Below are positions 1-8,339 of a DNA stretch of 64,000 nucleotides, piece after piece (the stretch's first letter is position 1; every line of letters starts with the position of its first letter). The stretch covers positions 70,284 through 134,283 of the forward strand of contig JAXGPL010000006.1 of NCBI GenBank assembly GCA_040766985.1, given 5' to 3'. Origin of the DNA: Bacillota bacterium. Its GTDB lineage: Bacteria > Bacillota > Sulfobacillia > JAUYEG01. The translations under genes were made by a program, and so were the position numbers. Under the pieces are notes generated by a model, which was not told where the DNA came from, made no database searches, and saw nothing but the letters and a program-made list of their open reading frames with translations.

Positions 1-994
1 GCTTGGAGAAGGTACCTATGTAGATCACCCGGCCGCCCGGGTCAATCGCCTTGAGGGCCGGCTGCGCGCGACCTTCGTACCTCAGGTCGCCGACGTAGTC
101 ATCCTCCAGAATCGGAATCCCGTACCGCCCGGCAGCCTCGACCAACTCTGCCCGGCGCTGGCTGCTAAGTGTGACGCCGGTGGGGTTGTGGAATGTCGGC
201 ATGGTGTAGATCAGCCTGGGGTGATGGGTAAAGACGACTTCCTCGAGGGCTTCGACCTGCATACCGCGTTCGTCGGATGGGACCTCGACCAAGCGCAGTC
301 CCAGCATGCGGAACAGGTGAAGGGCACCCGGATACGACGGGCGCTCCACGGCAACAACATCGCCGGGCCGCGTCAAGAGGCGGGCGACCACGTTCATGGC
401 CTGTTGGGCACCTGTCGTGATGAGGATATTGTCCGGGCGGACGGACAGCCCCTGGCTCGCGAGCATCGACGAGAAGGTGCGTCGCAGCGGGGCGTACCCG
501 TTGGGCTCGCCGTAATCCATGGCCGCTGTGCCGCTACGTCTGAGCACCGACTGCACCGCCTTGCGGAGGTCGTCAACCGGAAACAGCTTGTGGTCTCCGA
601 TGCCCGCTGAGAAATCGATCGCGTCGGCGTGCCTTCCGGCCGCCAGGGCTTCCCGCACTCCGTGGGTACTGAAGGCCCGACCCGGTACAGGCAACTCCTT
701 CTGCCAGGCAGGCCAGTCAGGGTCAGGCCGCTCCCCGGCCGCCGGCACGAGCCGGAATGGCGGCTGCACGTAGTTGCCGCTGCCCGCACGGGACGAGAGC
801 AGGCCGTCGGCGCGAAGCTCGGCGTAGGCGGTTTCAACGGTGATGCGGTTCACGCCAAGGGTGCGCGCAAGTTCACGGGTCGATGGCAGGCGGGCGCCGG
901 ATGCGAGTGCGCCGGATTCAATCGCCCGGCGTAGAAACGCCTCTATCTGCCGGTACAGCGGTACACCGCTCTCGCGGTTAAGCGCAATGCGCAT
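1..994 (-). CDS. MocR/PdxR-type GntR-family regulator fused to an aminotransferase-like domain (3' end runs off the window)
   Basis: Own translation of the minus strand from the ATG at 992-994: MRIALNRESGVPLYRQIEAFLRRAIESGALASGARLPSTRELARTLGVNRITVETAYAELRADGLL (GntR wHTH). An aminotransferase-like region follows, reaching ...GRVIYIGTFSK (PLP-lysine type motif), with no stop down to position 1. Absent from the ORF track because it is open at the window edge. Divergent from an EamA transporter, a common pairing. Confidence 0.85.
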   Translation of the reverse strand, partial: MRIALNRESGVPLYRQIEAFLRRAIESGALASGARLPSTRELARTLGVNRITVETAYAELRADGLLSSRAGSGNYVQPPFRLVPAAGERPDPDWPAWQKELPVPGRAFSTHGVREALAAGRHADAIDFSAGIGDHKLFPVDDLRKAVQSVLRRSGTAAMDYGEPNGYAPLRRTFSSMLASQGLSVRPDNILITTGAQQAMNVVARLLTRPGDVVAVERPSYPGALHLFRMLGLRLVEVPSDERGMQVEALEEVVFTHHPRLIYTMPTFHNPTGVTLSSQRRAELVEAAGRYGIPILEDDYVGDLRYEGRAQPALKAIDPGGRVIYIGTFSK

Positions 995-1025
995 CTGCAG
1001 CCCTCCCAAGTGGACTGGTCGGAAA

Positions 1026-1062
1026 CATGCCTTGGCGGCCCTGTGCACCATGCCAATTGGCG
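1026..1062. promoter_or_regulatory. Possible MocR operator: direct repeat CATGCC-N(2-4)-TGGCG, two copies starting 22 bp apart
   Basis: CATGCCTTGGCGG (1026-1038) and CATGCCAATTGGCGC (1048-1062) lie in the 127-bp divergent intergenic region between the regulator and the EamA gene. MocR-type regulators are known to bind spaced direct or inverted repeats. No consensus check was possible. Confidence 0.25.
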
Positions 1063-1121
1063 CCCACAATAGGTCCGGATGCCCGGGTCGGATACGGGCA
1101 CAACGTTTGGGGGCCGGAGCC

Positions 1122-2117
1122 ATGCCAGCAGAACCCAAATCCAACACAGGGCGCGGCTATGCAGTCGGAGTGCTCAGCGCCGTGATCCTGTGCACAACCT
1201 CTATCTTCATCAAACATCTCTCGGACGCCTACCGAATGCCGCCCTTGGTGCTGGCCTTCTGGCGGGATGCGTTCGTTGTGGTGACGCTTGTTGCGGCACT
1301 GGCGACCGGGCGCCGGCCGGGCCTGCTGCGGCTGCCGCGTGGGCAGGTCCGCTACCTGGTCGGATATGGGTTTGTGCTGGCCGTGTTCAACAGCTTCCTT
1401 ACGTTCTCGGTCGCGGTCAACGGTGCCGCTGTGTCAACGGTGCTGGTTAATTGCTCGGCGGCGTTCACGGCGCTATTGGGGAGATTCCTGCTCGGCGAAC
1501 GTTTGGGGTGGGCCAAGGCTGTGGCCCTGGCCTTGAGCATCGGCGGGTGCGTGCTGGTGACAGGGGCGACGTCGCGGGCGGCCTGGCAGACGGATATCGC
1601 CGGGATCGCGACGGGGATTCTGTCGGGGTTGGCCTATGCGGCCTACAGTTTGATGGGGCGGAAAGCAACGTCCCAATACCGGCTCAATCCGTGGACGACC
1701 ATTCTCTATACCTTCGGATTCGCGGGGTGCTTCCTGCTGACGGCCAGCCTCGTGCCGTGGGTCCATGTGCCGGGGGCGGCCAAGGTGCCGGCCGATCTGT
1801 TCTGCCTCGGAGCAAGCGTCTCCGGTTGGGTTACGCTGTTCGCCCTTGCCGCCGGCCCGACGCTGGTGGGATTCGGCCTGTACAACGTCACTCTGAGCCT
1901 GTTGCCGTCGAGCGTGGCCAACCTGCTGCTTACGCTGGAGGTCCCGTTCACGGCGGTTGTGGCGTATTTGACCCTGGGCGAGTTGCTGACGGTGACGCAG
2001 ATCGCGGGGGGCCTGCTCGTCCTGGCGGGCGTGGTGTTGTTACGGGTGAGCGGGGAGCTGGGGCGCGGGTTGCGGGTCGTGATTGAGCCGAGAGGCACAA
2101 AGCACTGCGAGACTTGA
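1122..2117 (+). CDS. EamA/DMT-superfamily transporter
   Basis: Internal ATG at 1122 of ORF 840..2117. The product is about 10 hydrophobic segments (GYAVGVLSAVILCTTSIFIKHLS..., two EamA-like halves). The upstream part of the ORF is antisense to the regulator gene. Confidence 0.85.
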   Translation: MPAEPKSNTGRGYAVGVLSAVILCTTSIFIKHLSDAYRMPPLVLAFWRDAFVVVTLVAALATGRRPGLLRLPRGQVRYLVGYGFVLAVFNSFLTFSVAVNGAAVSTVLVNCSAAFTALLGRFLLGERLGWAKAVALALSIGGCVLVTGATSRAAWQTDIAGIATGILSGLAYAAYSLMGRKATSQYRLNPWTTILYTFGFAGCFLLTASLVPWVHVPGAAKVPADLFCLGASVSGWVTLFALAAGPTLVGFGLYNVTLSLLPSSVANLLLTLEVPFTAVVAYLTLGELLTVTQIAGGLLVLAGVVLLRVSGELGRGLRVVIEPRGTKHCET

Positions 2118-2421
2118 GTCGAGGAGCTCATTCTGCCGGCGCGGCGCGCTTAGGCCACGAAAGCCTCGCCCGTTACCGCAACCGGACGCCAATAGTGTGC
2201 CCCCCTCACCGGGACGCGAATGCTTTGCCCCCCTCAACTGTCAGTTGCCCGCAGGATACCGGCGCGAGCAGTTTGAAGCAATATACAGGCGGCTTGAGGA
2301 ACGCCATCGACCGTACTGCCGTCGCGATTGCTGCCGAAGGCAGTGGGTTGAGTCTCACCCTCCAGTTGAGGTAGGCGCCGTCATCCTCAAGGTTACGCTG
2401 CAAGCAGGGGAGGATTCTACA

Positions 2422-3582
2422 TTGGAAACCTCGGTCACATACGCCGGGCTCAAAATCAAAAACCCCGTTCTCGCCGCGGCCGCCGGCATCACCGCCACAG
2501 TCGACCGCATGCGCAAGGCCGAGGACGCCGGCGTGGCAGCCGTGTGTGTCAAGTCGCTCTTCGAGAATCCAATCCCCCGCCAGGGTGACCCGACGCCGCA
2601 TATGCATGTCATCCGCCACGGTCGCGGAGCAAAGGCCTTCACGCTCTACTCGTACGAGCAGTGCGCACATATGGACGAATTCGCCTACGCCGATCTGATC
2701 AGGCAGGCCAAGGCTGCGCTCGACATCCCCGTGATCGCTAATATCGATTGCGCAGGCCCTGAGGCATGGTCCAGCTATGCGCAGTTGGTCGAGCAGGCCG
2801 GGGCAGACGCCGTCGAGGTCAAGTCATGCCCGCACGGCGAGCACATGATGAGCGGCGACGAACTGGCGGCAACCGTGAGACATGTGAAGTCACTGGTCAA
2901 CATCCCGGTCATCGCCAAGATGCCAAGCCAGCTAACCAACCCGTATCGCACAGCACTTGACCTCGAGGCGGCGGGAGCGGATGCGATGGTGATGTTCAAC
3001 CGGCATTCCGGCCTGGATATCGACGTGGAAACCTGCCGGCCCGTCATGCACGGCGGGTTCGCCGGCCACGGCGGGCCGTACTCCATCTACTACCGGCTGC
3101 GCTGGATCGCCCAGGTCGCCGGAGAATTGGCCATACCGGTGTGCGGGACGGGCGGGGTTTCGTCAGGTGAGGACGTGGCAAAATACATCCTCGCGGGGGC
3201 GACGTGCGTCCAACTTGCGACGGCCGCGATCGTCGAAGGGTACGGTGCCTTCCGGCGGATCCTGCGCGAACTGGACGACTGGATGGAGCGCGGCGGACAT
3301 TCGGACCTCGAGAGCCTGCGCGGCCTTGCGGCGCGGCGGCTGGTCGGCATCGCCGACGTGGACCGCCGGCAGAGCGTACGGGCGCAGATCGACCCGGAAG
3401 GGTGCACGGCCTGCGGACTCTGTTACCGGGTCTGCATTCACGGCGGCGTGGATGAGGTTGAAGCAGACCAGAGGCAGGGACGGGAGGCCGGTTTCCGGAT
3501 CAATGACCGGTGCCGTGGCTGCGGCTTGTGCGTTGAGCTATGCCCGGTAGCGGCGATCAGGCTGGTTGCCCCGCCACACTAG
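2422..3582 (+). CDS. Dihydroorotate/dihydropyrimidine dehydrogenase (PreA)-like FMN oxidoreductase with a C-terminal 2x[4Fe-4S] ferredoxin domain
   Basis: TTG at 2422, 7 nt after GGGGAGGA. Motifs: GLKIKNPVLAAAAG, VEVKSCPHG (DPD/DHOD active-site type), GTGGVSSGEDV, then CTACGLCYRVC and CRGCGLCVELCP. Confidence 0.8.
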   Translation: METSVTYAGLKIKNPVLAAAAGITATVDRMRKAEDAGVAAVCVKSLFENPIPRQGDPTPHMHVIRHGRGAKAFTLYSYEQCAHMDEFAYADLIRQAKAALDIPVIANIDCAGPEAWSSYAQLVEQAGADAVEVKSCPHGEHMMSGDELAATVRHVKSLVNIPVIAKMPSQLTNPYRTALDLEAAGADAMVMFNRHSGLDIDVETCRPVMHGGFAGHGGPYSIYYRLRWIAQVAGELAIPVCGTGGVSSGEDVAKYILAGATCVQLATAAIVEGYGAFRRILRELDDWMERGGHSDLESLRGLAARRLVGIADVDRRQSVRAQIDPEGCTACGLCYRVCIHGGVDEVEADQRQGREAGFRINDRCRGCGLCVELCPVAAIRLVAPPH

Positions 3583-3680
3583 CTTCCACGGTGAGGGCTT
3601 GTAGACATCCCCTGGTGGGCCTCCGAGGGACAGTGGCAATCCGGTCTCGCGTATCGACATGCACGATTGGCGTGGCCGCG

Positions 3681-4766
3681 TTATACCTTTCTGCCGTAGC
3701 GCCGCATGACTTCAAGCATGCGCTCGATCGGCAGCGCATGTGCGACGTGCCCCTCGCGGCCCTCGACGGTGTGGGCCATCAGCAGGGAGTTGAGCAGGGC
3801 TTCCTCGCAGGCCTCGACTGAGGCCTCGAACAGCGGATTGAGGCCGGCACGCGATGGCAACACCGCATCGATCGTAAACGTGTTGCGCCCGGCCCCGCGC
3901 GGCGCTACCGCAGCGGTCGAAACCGCCACCACAAACTCACCGCTCCCGTGGCTGCCGTACGAGCCAATCCTGCCGAGGCCGACGCCGGCCCGCCGGGCAA
4001 GCTGGGCCAGTTGTTGTGGCAGAAGCGGAGCATCGGTTGCGACCAGGACCAACGCCGAACCCTCTACGACCATGCTGGTTTCCAGATCCGGGATCTCCCG
4101 CCCGACCGGCACTCCATCCACGGTCAGCCGTCGGCGCGCGCCCATATTGGCGACGACGAGGCATCCCAGGATGTGGCCGCCGTCTTCCTCAGACAGGCGG
4201 CGCGAGGAGGTGCCTACTCCGGCCTTGAAGCCGAAGCTCACCATCCCCGTGCCCGCGCCCACGCAGCCCTCCGGAACGGGCCCGCCGGAGGCGGTTTCCA
4301 GGGCGGCAAGGGCATGCTCGTCGCGCACGTGGCGGCCTAACATGTCGTTGAGGTAGCTATCGTCGCACTCGCCGACGATCGGGAGCACAGCGTCAGCGGT
4401 CGTCCCCAGAGCCGGGTACTTGCCGACGAGGTATTCCTGCACCGCGGAGCGGGTGGTTGCGACGCTCAGCGTGTTGGTGAAGACGATCGGGCTCTCGATG
4501 AACCCGAGTTCAGTCAACGCGCGCAGCCCCGTCAGCTCGCCCGTGCCGCTGAACACATAAGCGCCGGCAAAGATGCGGTTGGGAAGGATTACGCCTTCGG
4601 CGTCGCTGAACACTACTGCAGTAACGCCCGTGCGAACCGAGTCGCCTTCGAACAGGGTCGTGTGCCCGACCCGGACACCGGCGACATCGGTGATTGCGCC
4701 GAGCGGCCCAGGGTCGTAGAAACCAAGGTTGATTCCGAGTTCTCTGGCGCGTCGGCGCGGCTCCAA
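3681..4766 (-). CDS. DmpA/S58 (P1-family) aminopeptidase
   Basis: 361-aa ORF: GAITDVAGVRVGHTT..., GECDDSYLND, GAGTGMVSFGFKAGVGTSSR, typical of the L-aminopeptidase/D-esterase family. Confidence 0.85.
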   Translation of the reverse strand: MEPRRRARELGINLGFYDPGPLGAITDVAGVRVGHTTLFEGDSVRTGVTAVVFSDAEGVILPNRIFAGAYVFSGTGELTGLRALTELGFIESPIVFTNTLSVATTRSAVQEYLVGKYPALGTTADAVLPIVGECDDSYLNDMLGRHVRDEHALAALETASGGPVPEGCVGAGTGMVSFGFKAGVGTSSRRLSEEDGGHILGCLVVANMGARRRLTVDGVPVGREIPDLETSMVVEGSALVLVATDAPLLPQQLAQLARRAGVGLGRIGSYGSHGSGEFVVAVSTAAVAPRGAGRNTFTIDAVLPSRAGLNPLFEASVEACEEALLNSLLMAHTVEGREGHVAHALPIERMLEVMRRYGRKV

Positions 4767-4868
4767 GGAGACACCCCCTAGCCCGGTAGCTTGGCCAGGC
4801 GGGAGGAAACATATGCTCCGGCAGAGCTGTCAGAGAGAGTGCCGGGTCAGGCACAGAGCCAAGCCAGG

Positions 4869-5399
4869 ATGCGAGTGAAACCCAAGACAGGAGTGAAACA
4901 CAAGGTGACCACCAAGAGCAGGGCTGTCATCGTCCTAGCCGTCGTTGCCCTCGCCATCGTTGTCGCAGCTGCTATGCTCCCCAATCACGCCAACGACAAG
5001 TTACGCTCCGCCATCAACGAAATGAAGGTCGAGGTCAAGTCCTTTGGCCTTCTCAACACGCTCGAATCGCCGGACCGCTCGGTATACCGAATGGTCCTCA
5101 CCTTTACCAACGACAGTACGATCCCGGTCAAGTACACAGCCGGCTCGCTTGTGATGCGGTTCTCGCCAAGTCACCAGATCGGGGCCAACGCCACCGACGA
5201 GGGGACGCTGCGGCCCGGGGAGTCGGTCGAGCTGACCCGTGACTTCACGATGCTGGCGACCGTGGTGGCGGACCTCCGGCGAGTGCGCGAACTCGCGGCC
5301 AGGGGTACCCTCAACACCGAGCTGGACCTCAAGTGGCTGCTCTGGAGCCTGGATCGGGCGGCCGAGTTCGAGGTCAAGCATGCGATCTACTTCGATTAG
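4869..5399 (+). CDS. Membrane-anchored hypothetical protein, LEA_2/NDR1-like beta-sandwich suspected
   Basis: Internal ATG at 4869: MRVKPK..., then one TM helix (AVIVLAVVALAIVVAAAML) and a soluble domain (VYRMVLTFTNDSTIPVKYTAGSLVMRF). The family call is tentative. Confidence 0.5.
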   Translation: MRVKPKTGVKHKVTTKSRAVIVLAVVALAIVVAAAMLPNHANDKLRSAINEMKVEVKSFGLLNTLESPDRSVYRMVLTFTNDSTIPVKYTAGSLVMRFSPSHQIGANATDEGTLRPGESVELTRDFTMLATVVADLRRVRELAARGTLNTELDLKWLLWSLDRAAEFEVKHAIYFD

Positions 5400-5442
5400 G
5401 GGTGATTCGGTGCGCAGTCAGGGGGGCGCTGCGCTGCCCTGC

Positions 5443-5582
5443 GCCGCTGGCTTGGCTACTGTGCCGCTGGCTTGGCTACTGTGCCGCTGGTTGGCTACTG
5501 TGCTGCTGGTTGGCTACTGTGCTGCTGGTTGGCTACTGTGCTGCTGGTTGGCTACTGTGCTGCTGGTTGGCTACTGTGCTGC
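5443..5582. repeat. Perfectly abutting tandem repeat, 7 units of 19-20 bp plus a 5-bp partial unit
   Basis: GCCGCTGGCTTGGCTACTGT x2 (20 bp), GCCGCTGGTTGGCTACTGT x1, GCTGCTGGTTGGCTACTGT x4 (19 bp). Intergenic. Unit length is not a multiple of 3. Confidence 0.95.
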
Positions 5583-5821
5583 ATTTTAGCCCGTAGATGA
5601 GTTGGCTATGGTGCATCCGTCATCGCTCCAGTGGTGGCGTATGTGGCACATTGCATCATCGCCGGCCCAGACTGACGACCAACGGTGCAGAATGCACCGT
5701 ACCGCTGCTATCCTAAGATGCATCTACCATCACACCGGGTCGTGCTATGGGTCAAAAACCACCATAGGCCGCCCAGTCCCTTCGGGCCGTCGATTTTCAC
5801 AAGACAGGGGAGGCAACGTCC

Positions 5822-6562
5822 ATGCCCATGGTCGATTGGCGCAACACAAGCCCCGAGATCCGCGACAGCGGGGCAGAGATTGCCGTGATCAACATCGGTT
5901 CGACCGAGCAACACGGGGCCCACCTTCCGGTTGGCACCGACACAATGATCGGCCAGCACATCGCGCGCGGCGTTGCGGAGAAGCTTGGCGCGTACCTGCT
6001 GCCGACTTTCGCCGTCGGCCATTGCCAGGAGCACATGGGCCGGGCCGGGACCGTCTGGATGAAACCTCAGACCCTCTTCGCCATGGTCACCGACGTGTGT
6101 CTGAGCCTGCGGGAGCAGGGTTTCCGGCGGATTGTGATTATCCCGACGCACGGCGGCCTCTGGGTGCTCAAGCCCGCCGTCCGCGAACTCAACCTCAACC
6201 ACCCCGACCTGATCGTCCTGCTGGCCCAGGACTATTCGACTGCATCCGGCGATGGAGAGCGTGTGTTGGTGGGGCAGGGGATGGACCTGCATGCGGGCGA
6301 GGCGGAGACTTCGATGATGCTGCACATCGACCCGGAAACCGTCAAGATGGAGCGCGCGGTCGACGCCCTCCCGGCCGTCGGCCGCGAGTACCTCGACTAC
6401 GCGGCGGTCGGGCAAATCAGCCCGAGCGGGGTATGGGGGGAAGCGAGGCTCGGCGCTGCCGACAAGGGCCGGCGGCTGCTGGAAGCGCGCATCGAGGCCA
6501 TTGCCGGGTACTGCCGCAAGACCTTCGCGCGGGTAGAGGAGTTGCGCGGGCGGCCGTTGTAG
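5822..6562 (+). CDS. Creatininase-family amidohydrolase
   Basis: GGGGAGG RBS about 9 nt upstream. Motifs: GSTEQHGAHLPVGTD, PTHGG, HAGEAETS. Confidence 0.85.
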   Translation: MPMVDWRNTSPEIRDSGAEIAVINIGSTEQHGAHLPVGTDTMIGQHIARGVAEKLGAYLLPTFAVGHCQEHMGRAGTVWMKPQTLFAMVTDVCLSLREQGFRRIVIIPTHGGLWVLKPAVRELNLNHPDLIVLLAQDYSTASGDGERVLVGQGMDLHAGEAETSMMLHIDPETVKMERAVDALPAVGREYLDYAAVGQISPSGVWGEARLGAADKGRRLLEARIEAIAGYCRKTFARVEELRGRPL

Positions 6563-6611
6563 GAGCAGGCAGAGAACGATATCATCGCCGAAAGTCAGGG
6601 GGACCCACGAC

Positions 6612-7523
6612 ATGAAACTCCACGGCATCATCCCGGCCATCGTACTGCCGATGACCGACGACGCGCGCATCGACGAGGGAGCCTTGCGGGGATACGTCGA
6701 GTGGCTGCTCGCCCAGGGCTGCCACGGGTTGGCCATCAACGTCGACACCGGCGAGGGGCCGCACCTGTGGCCGGAGGAAAAGGTCCAGGTAATCCACATC
6801 GTCAAGGATGTGGTCCGCGGGCGCGTGCCGATCATTGCGGGCCTCGGGGCCGCCTTCACGGAGCAGGCCGTCAAGGCCGCGCGCGATGCCGAGGCCGCCG
6901 GGGCGGACGGGCTTCTGGTGTTCCCGATTTCCGCGTGGCGGGGACGGCCGCTGCCGCCGGACCTGGTCTATAGCTACCACAAGGCGGTGGCGGACGCGGT
7001 TTCGATACCGCTCGTCGCGTTCCAGTTGCAGGACGCGCTCGGCGGGGTGGAGTTTGACCTGCCGACGTTAACCAGGCTGTTCGATATCCCGCAGGTCATC
7101 GGAATCAAGGAGGCCGCGTTTGACGCGAAGAAGTACCTGGAAGTCGTCCGCCACCTGCGCACCTTGCCGCGGGAGATCACCATTCTGACCGGCAACGACA
7201 ACTTCATCCTGGAGTCGTTTGTTCTTGGGGCGGACGGGGCGCTGATCGGCTTCGGCACGCTCGCAACCGCGATGCAGGTCGAGATGTACGACGCCTGGCG
7301 GGCGGGTGACCGGGAGCGGGCGTTTGATCTGGGCCGTAAGGTGCAGAAACTCGCCGACGTCATCTTCGCCCAACCCGTTCGGGACTACCGAGTGCGCACC
7401 AAAGAAGCCCTGGTTATGCAGGGAGTTATCCCTCGCGCGACAGTCCGCGCCCCGCTGATGGGCATCGATGACGCTGAGCGGGCCAAGGTGCGCGCAGCAC
7501 TCGCCGAAGCCGGGTTGGTGTAG
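6612..7523 (+). CDS. Dihydrodipicolinate synthase (DapA/NAL) family lyase
   Basis: 303-aa ORF: GIIPAIVLPMTDD, GLAINVDTGEG, IGIKEAAFD (Schiff-base lysine context). Confidence 0.85.
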   Translation: MKLHGIIPAIVLPMTDDARIDEGALRGYVEWLLAQGCHGLAINVDTGEGPHLWPEEKVQVIHIVKDVVRGRVPIIAGLGAAFTEQAVKAARDAEAAGADGLLVFPISAWRGRPLPPDLVYSYHKAVADAVSIPLVAFQLQDALGGVEFDLPTLTRLFDIPQVIGIKEAAFDAKKYLEVVRHLRTLPREITILTGNDNFILESFVLGADGALIGFGTLATAMQVEMYDAWRAGDRERAFDLGRKVQKLADVIFAQPVRDYRVRTKEALVMQGVIPRATVRAPLMGIDDAERAKVRAALAEAGLV

Positions 7524-7530
7524 GGGTATC

Positions 7531-8223
7531 GTGAGGGGCGCCTCATTGCCGGCGACCGTCAAGCAGCTCGGCGTGATTCGCGTCATCACCCTGGCGGACA
7601 GGCGCCTGGCAGACCTGCACGGCCGCCAGATCGAGGCGGCGTACGCGGGGGTCGAGACGGTTTCGATATGCCTGCCCGACCAGCCGGACGGTGTCCACGG
7701 CCCGGAAACCGAAGCCACTGCCGCAGCCAAGATGCCTGCCGCGGCTCGCGAGCTGGCCGCGCTCGGCGTGGACGGGATAGTAGTCAGTTGCTGTTCCGAC
7801 CCAGGGGTTCGCGAGGCTGCGGATGCTGTTGATGTACCATTGGTTGGCGCCGGCGAGGCTGCCGCCCTGGTGGCGCTGGCCTACCGGCGGCCGGTCGGCG
7901 TTCTCGGGCTTACCGACGAGGCTCCGGCCCCGATGCGCGCAGTCTTGGGCGACCGTCTGGTCGCGGCAGTGAGGCCGGAGGGAGTGCGGACGACGCTGGA
8001 TCTGCAGGCGCCGGGGGCTGCGGGGGCTGCCGAGGAAGCCGCGCGGAGGCTGCTCAAGCGGGGCGCCGGCGTGATTTGCCTCGCATGTACCGGGACCGCT
8101 ACCGTGGGGCTGCCGCGGCTTCTTGCAGGCGCCTTGGGGGTGCCGGTTGTGGACCCGGTCTTGGCGGCCGGGGGGCTAATAATGACCCTGGTTGCGCAGC
8201 TGAAGGGGCGCTCGGGGAGATGA
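7531..8223 (+). CDS. Asp/Glu/hydantoin racemase family protein
   Basis: GTG at 7531, in frame within ORF 7468..8223. Two Cys motifs are placed as in hydantoin racemases (GIVVSCCSDPG and VICLACTG). Confidence 0.75.
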   Translation: MRGASLPATVKQLGVIRVITLADRRLADLHGRQIEAAYAGVETVSICLPDQPDGVHGPETEATAAAKMPAAARELAALGVDGIVVSCCSDPGVREAADAVDVPLVGAGEAAALVALAYRRPVGVLGLTDEAPAPMRAVLGDRLVAAVRPEGVRTTLDLQAPGAAGAAEEAARRLLKRGAGVICLACTGTATVGLPRLLAGALGVPVVDPVLAAGGLIMTLVAQLKGRSGR

Positions 8224-8239
8224 CATGCAACAAAAGTGA

Positions 8240-8266
8240 TTGCCAGGTCCGCTGAGGACCTGGCAA
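8240..8266. terminator. Hairpin between convergent genes, probably a terminator
   Basis: TTGCCAGGTCC-GCTGA-GGACCTGGCAA, a perfect 11-bp stem. On the minus strand it is followed by TCACTTTTGTTG. It sits about 75 nt downstream of the extended end of the NamZ-like gene at 8340. Confidence 0.55.
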
Positions 8267-8339
8267 TTGGCTGGCCTGTGGGCTTTATCGCTCTGCAAAG
8301 GCTACACAGAATCCTCTACACGTTCGGAGTCGCCCGCGA

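Noticed and set aside
5443-5582. Tandem repeat considered as a CRISPR array
   Set aside because: The units abut directly with no spacers, are only 19-20 bp long, and no cas genes or leader are present. It is a simple tandem repeat.
5602-6615. 337-aa plus-strand ORF overlapping the creatininase-family gene in another frame
   Set aside because: It has extremely Arg/Pro/Gly-rich, non-protein-like composition. The overlapping 5822..6562 frame has clear family motifs and a good RBS.
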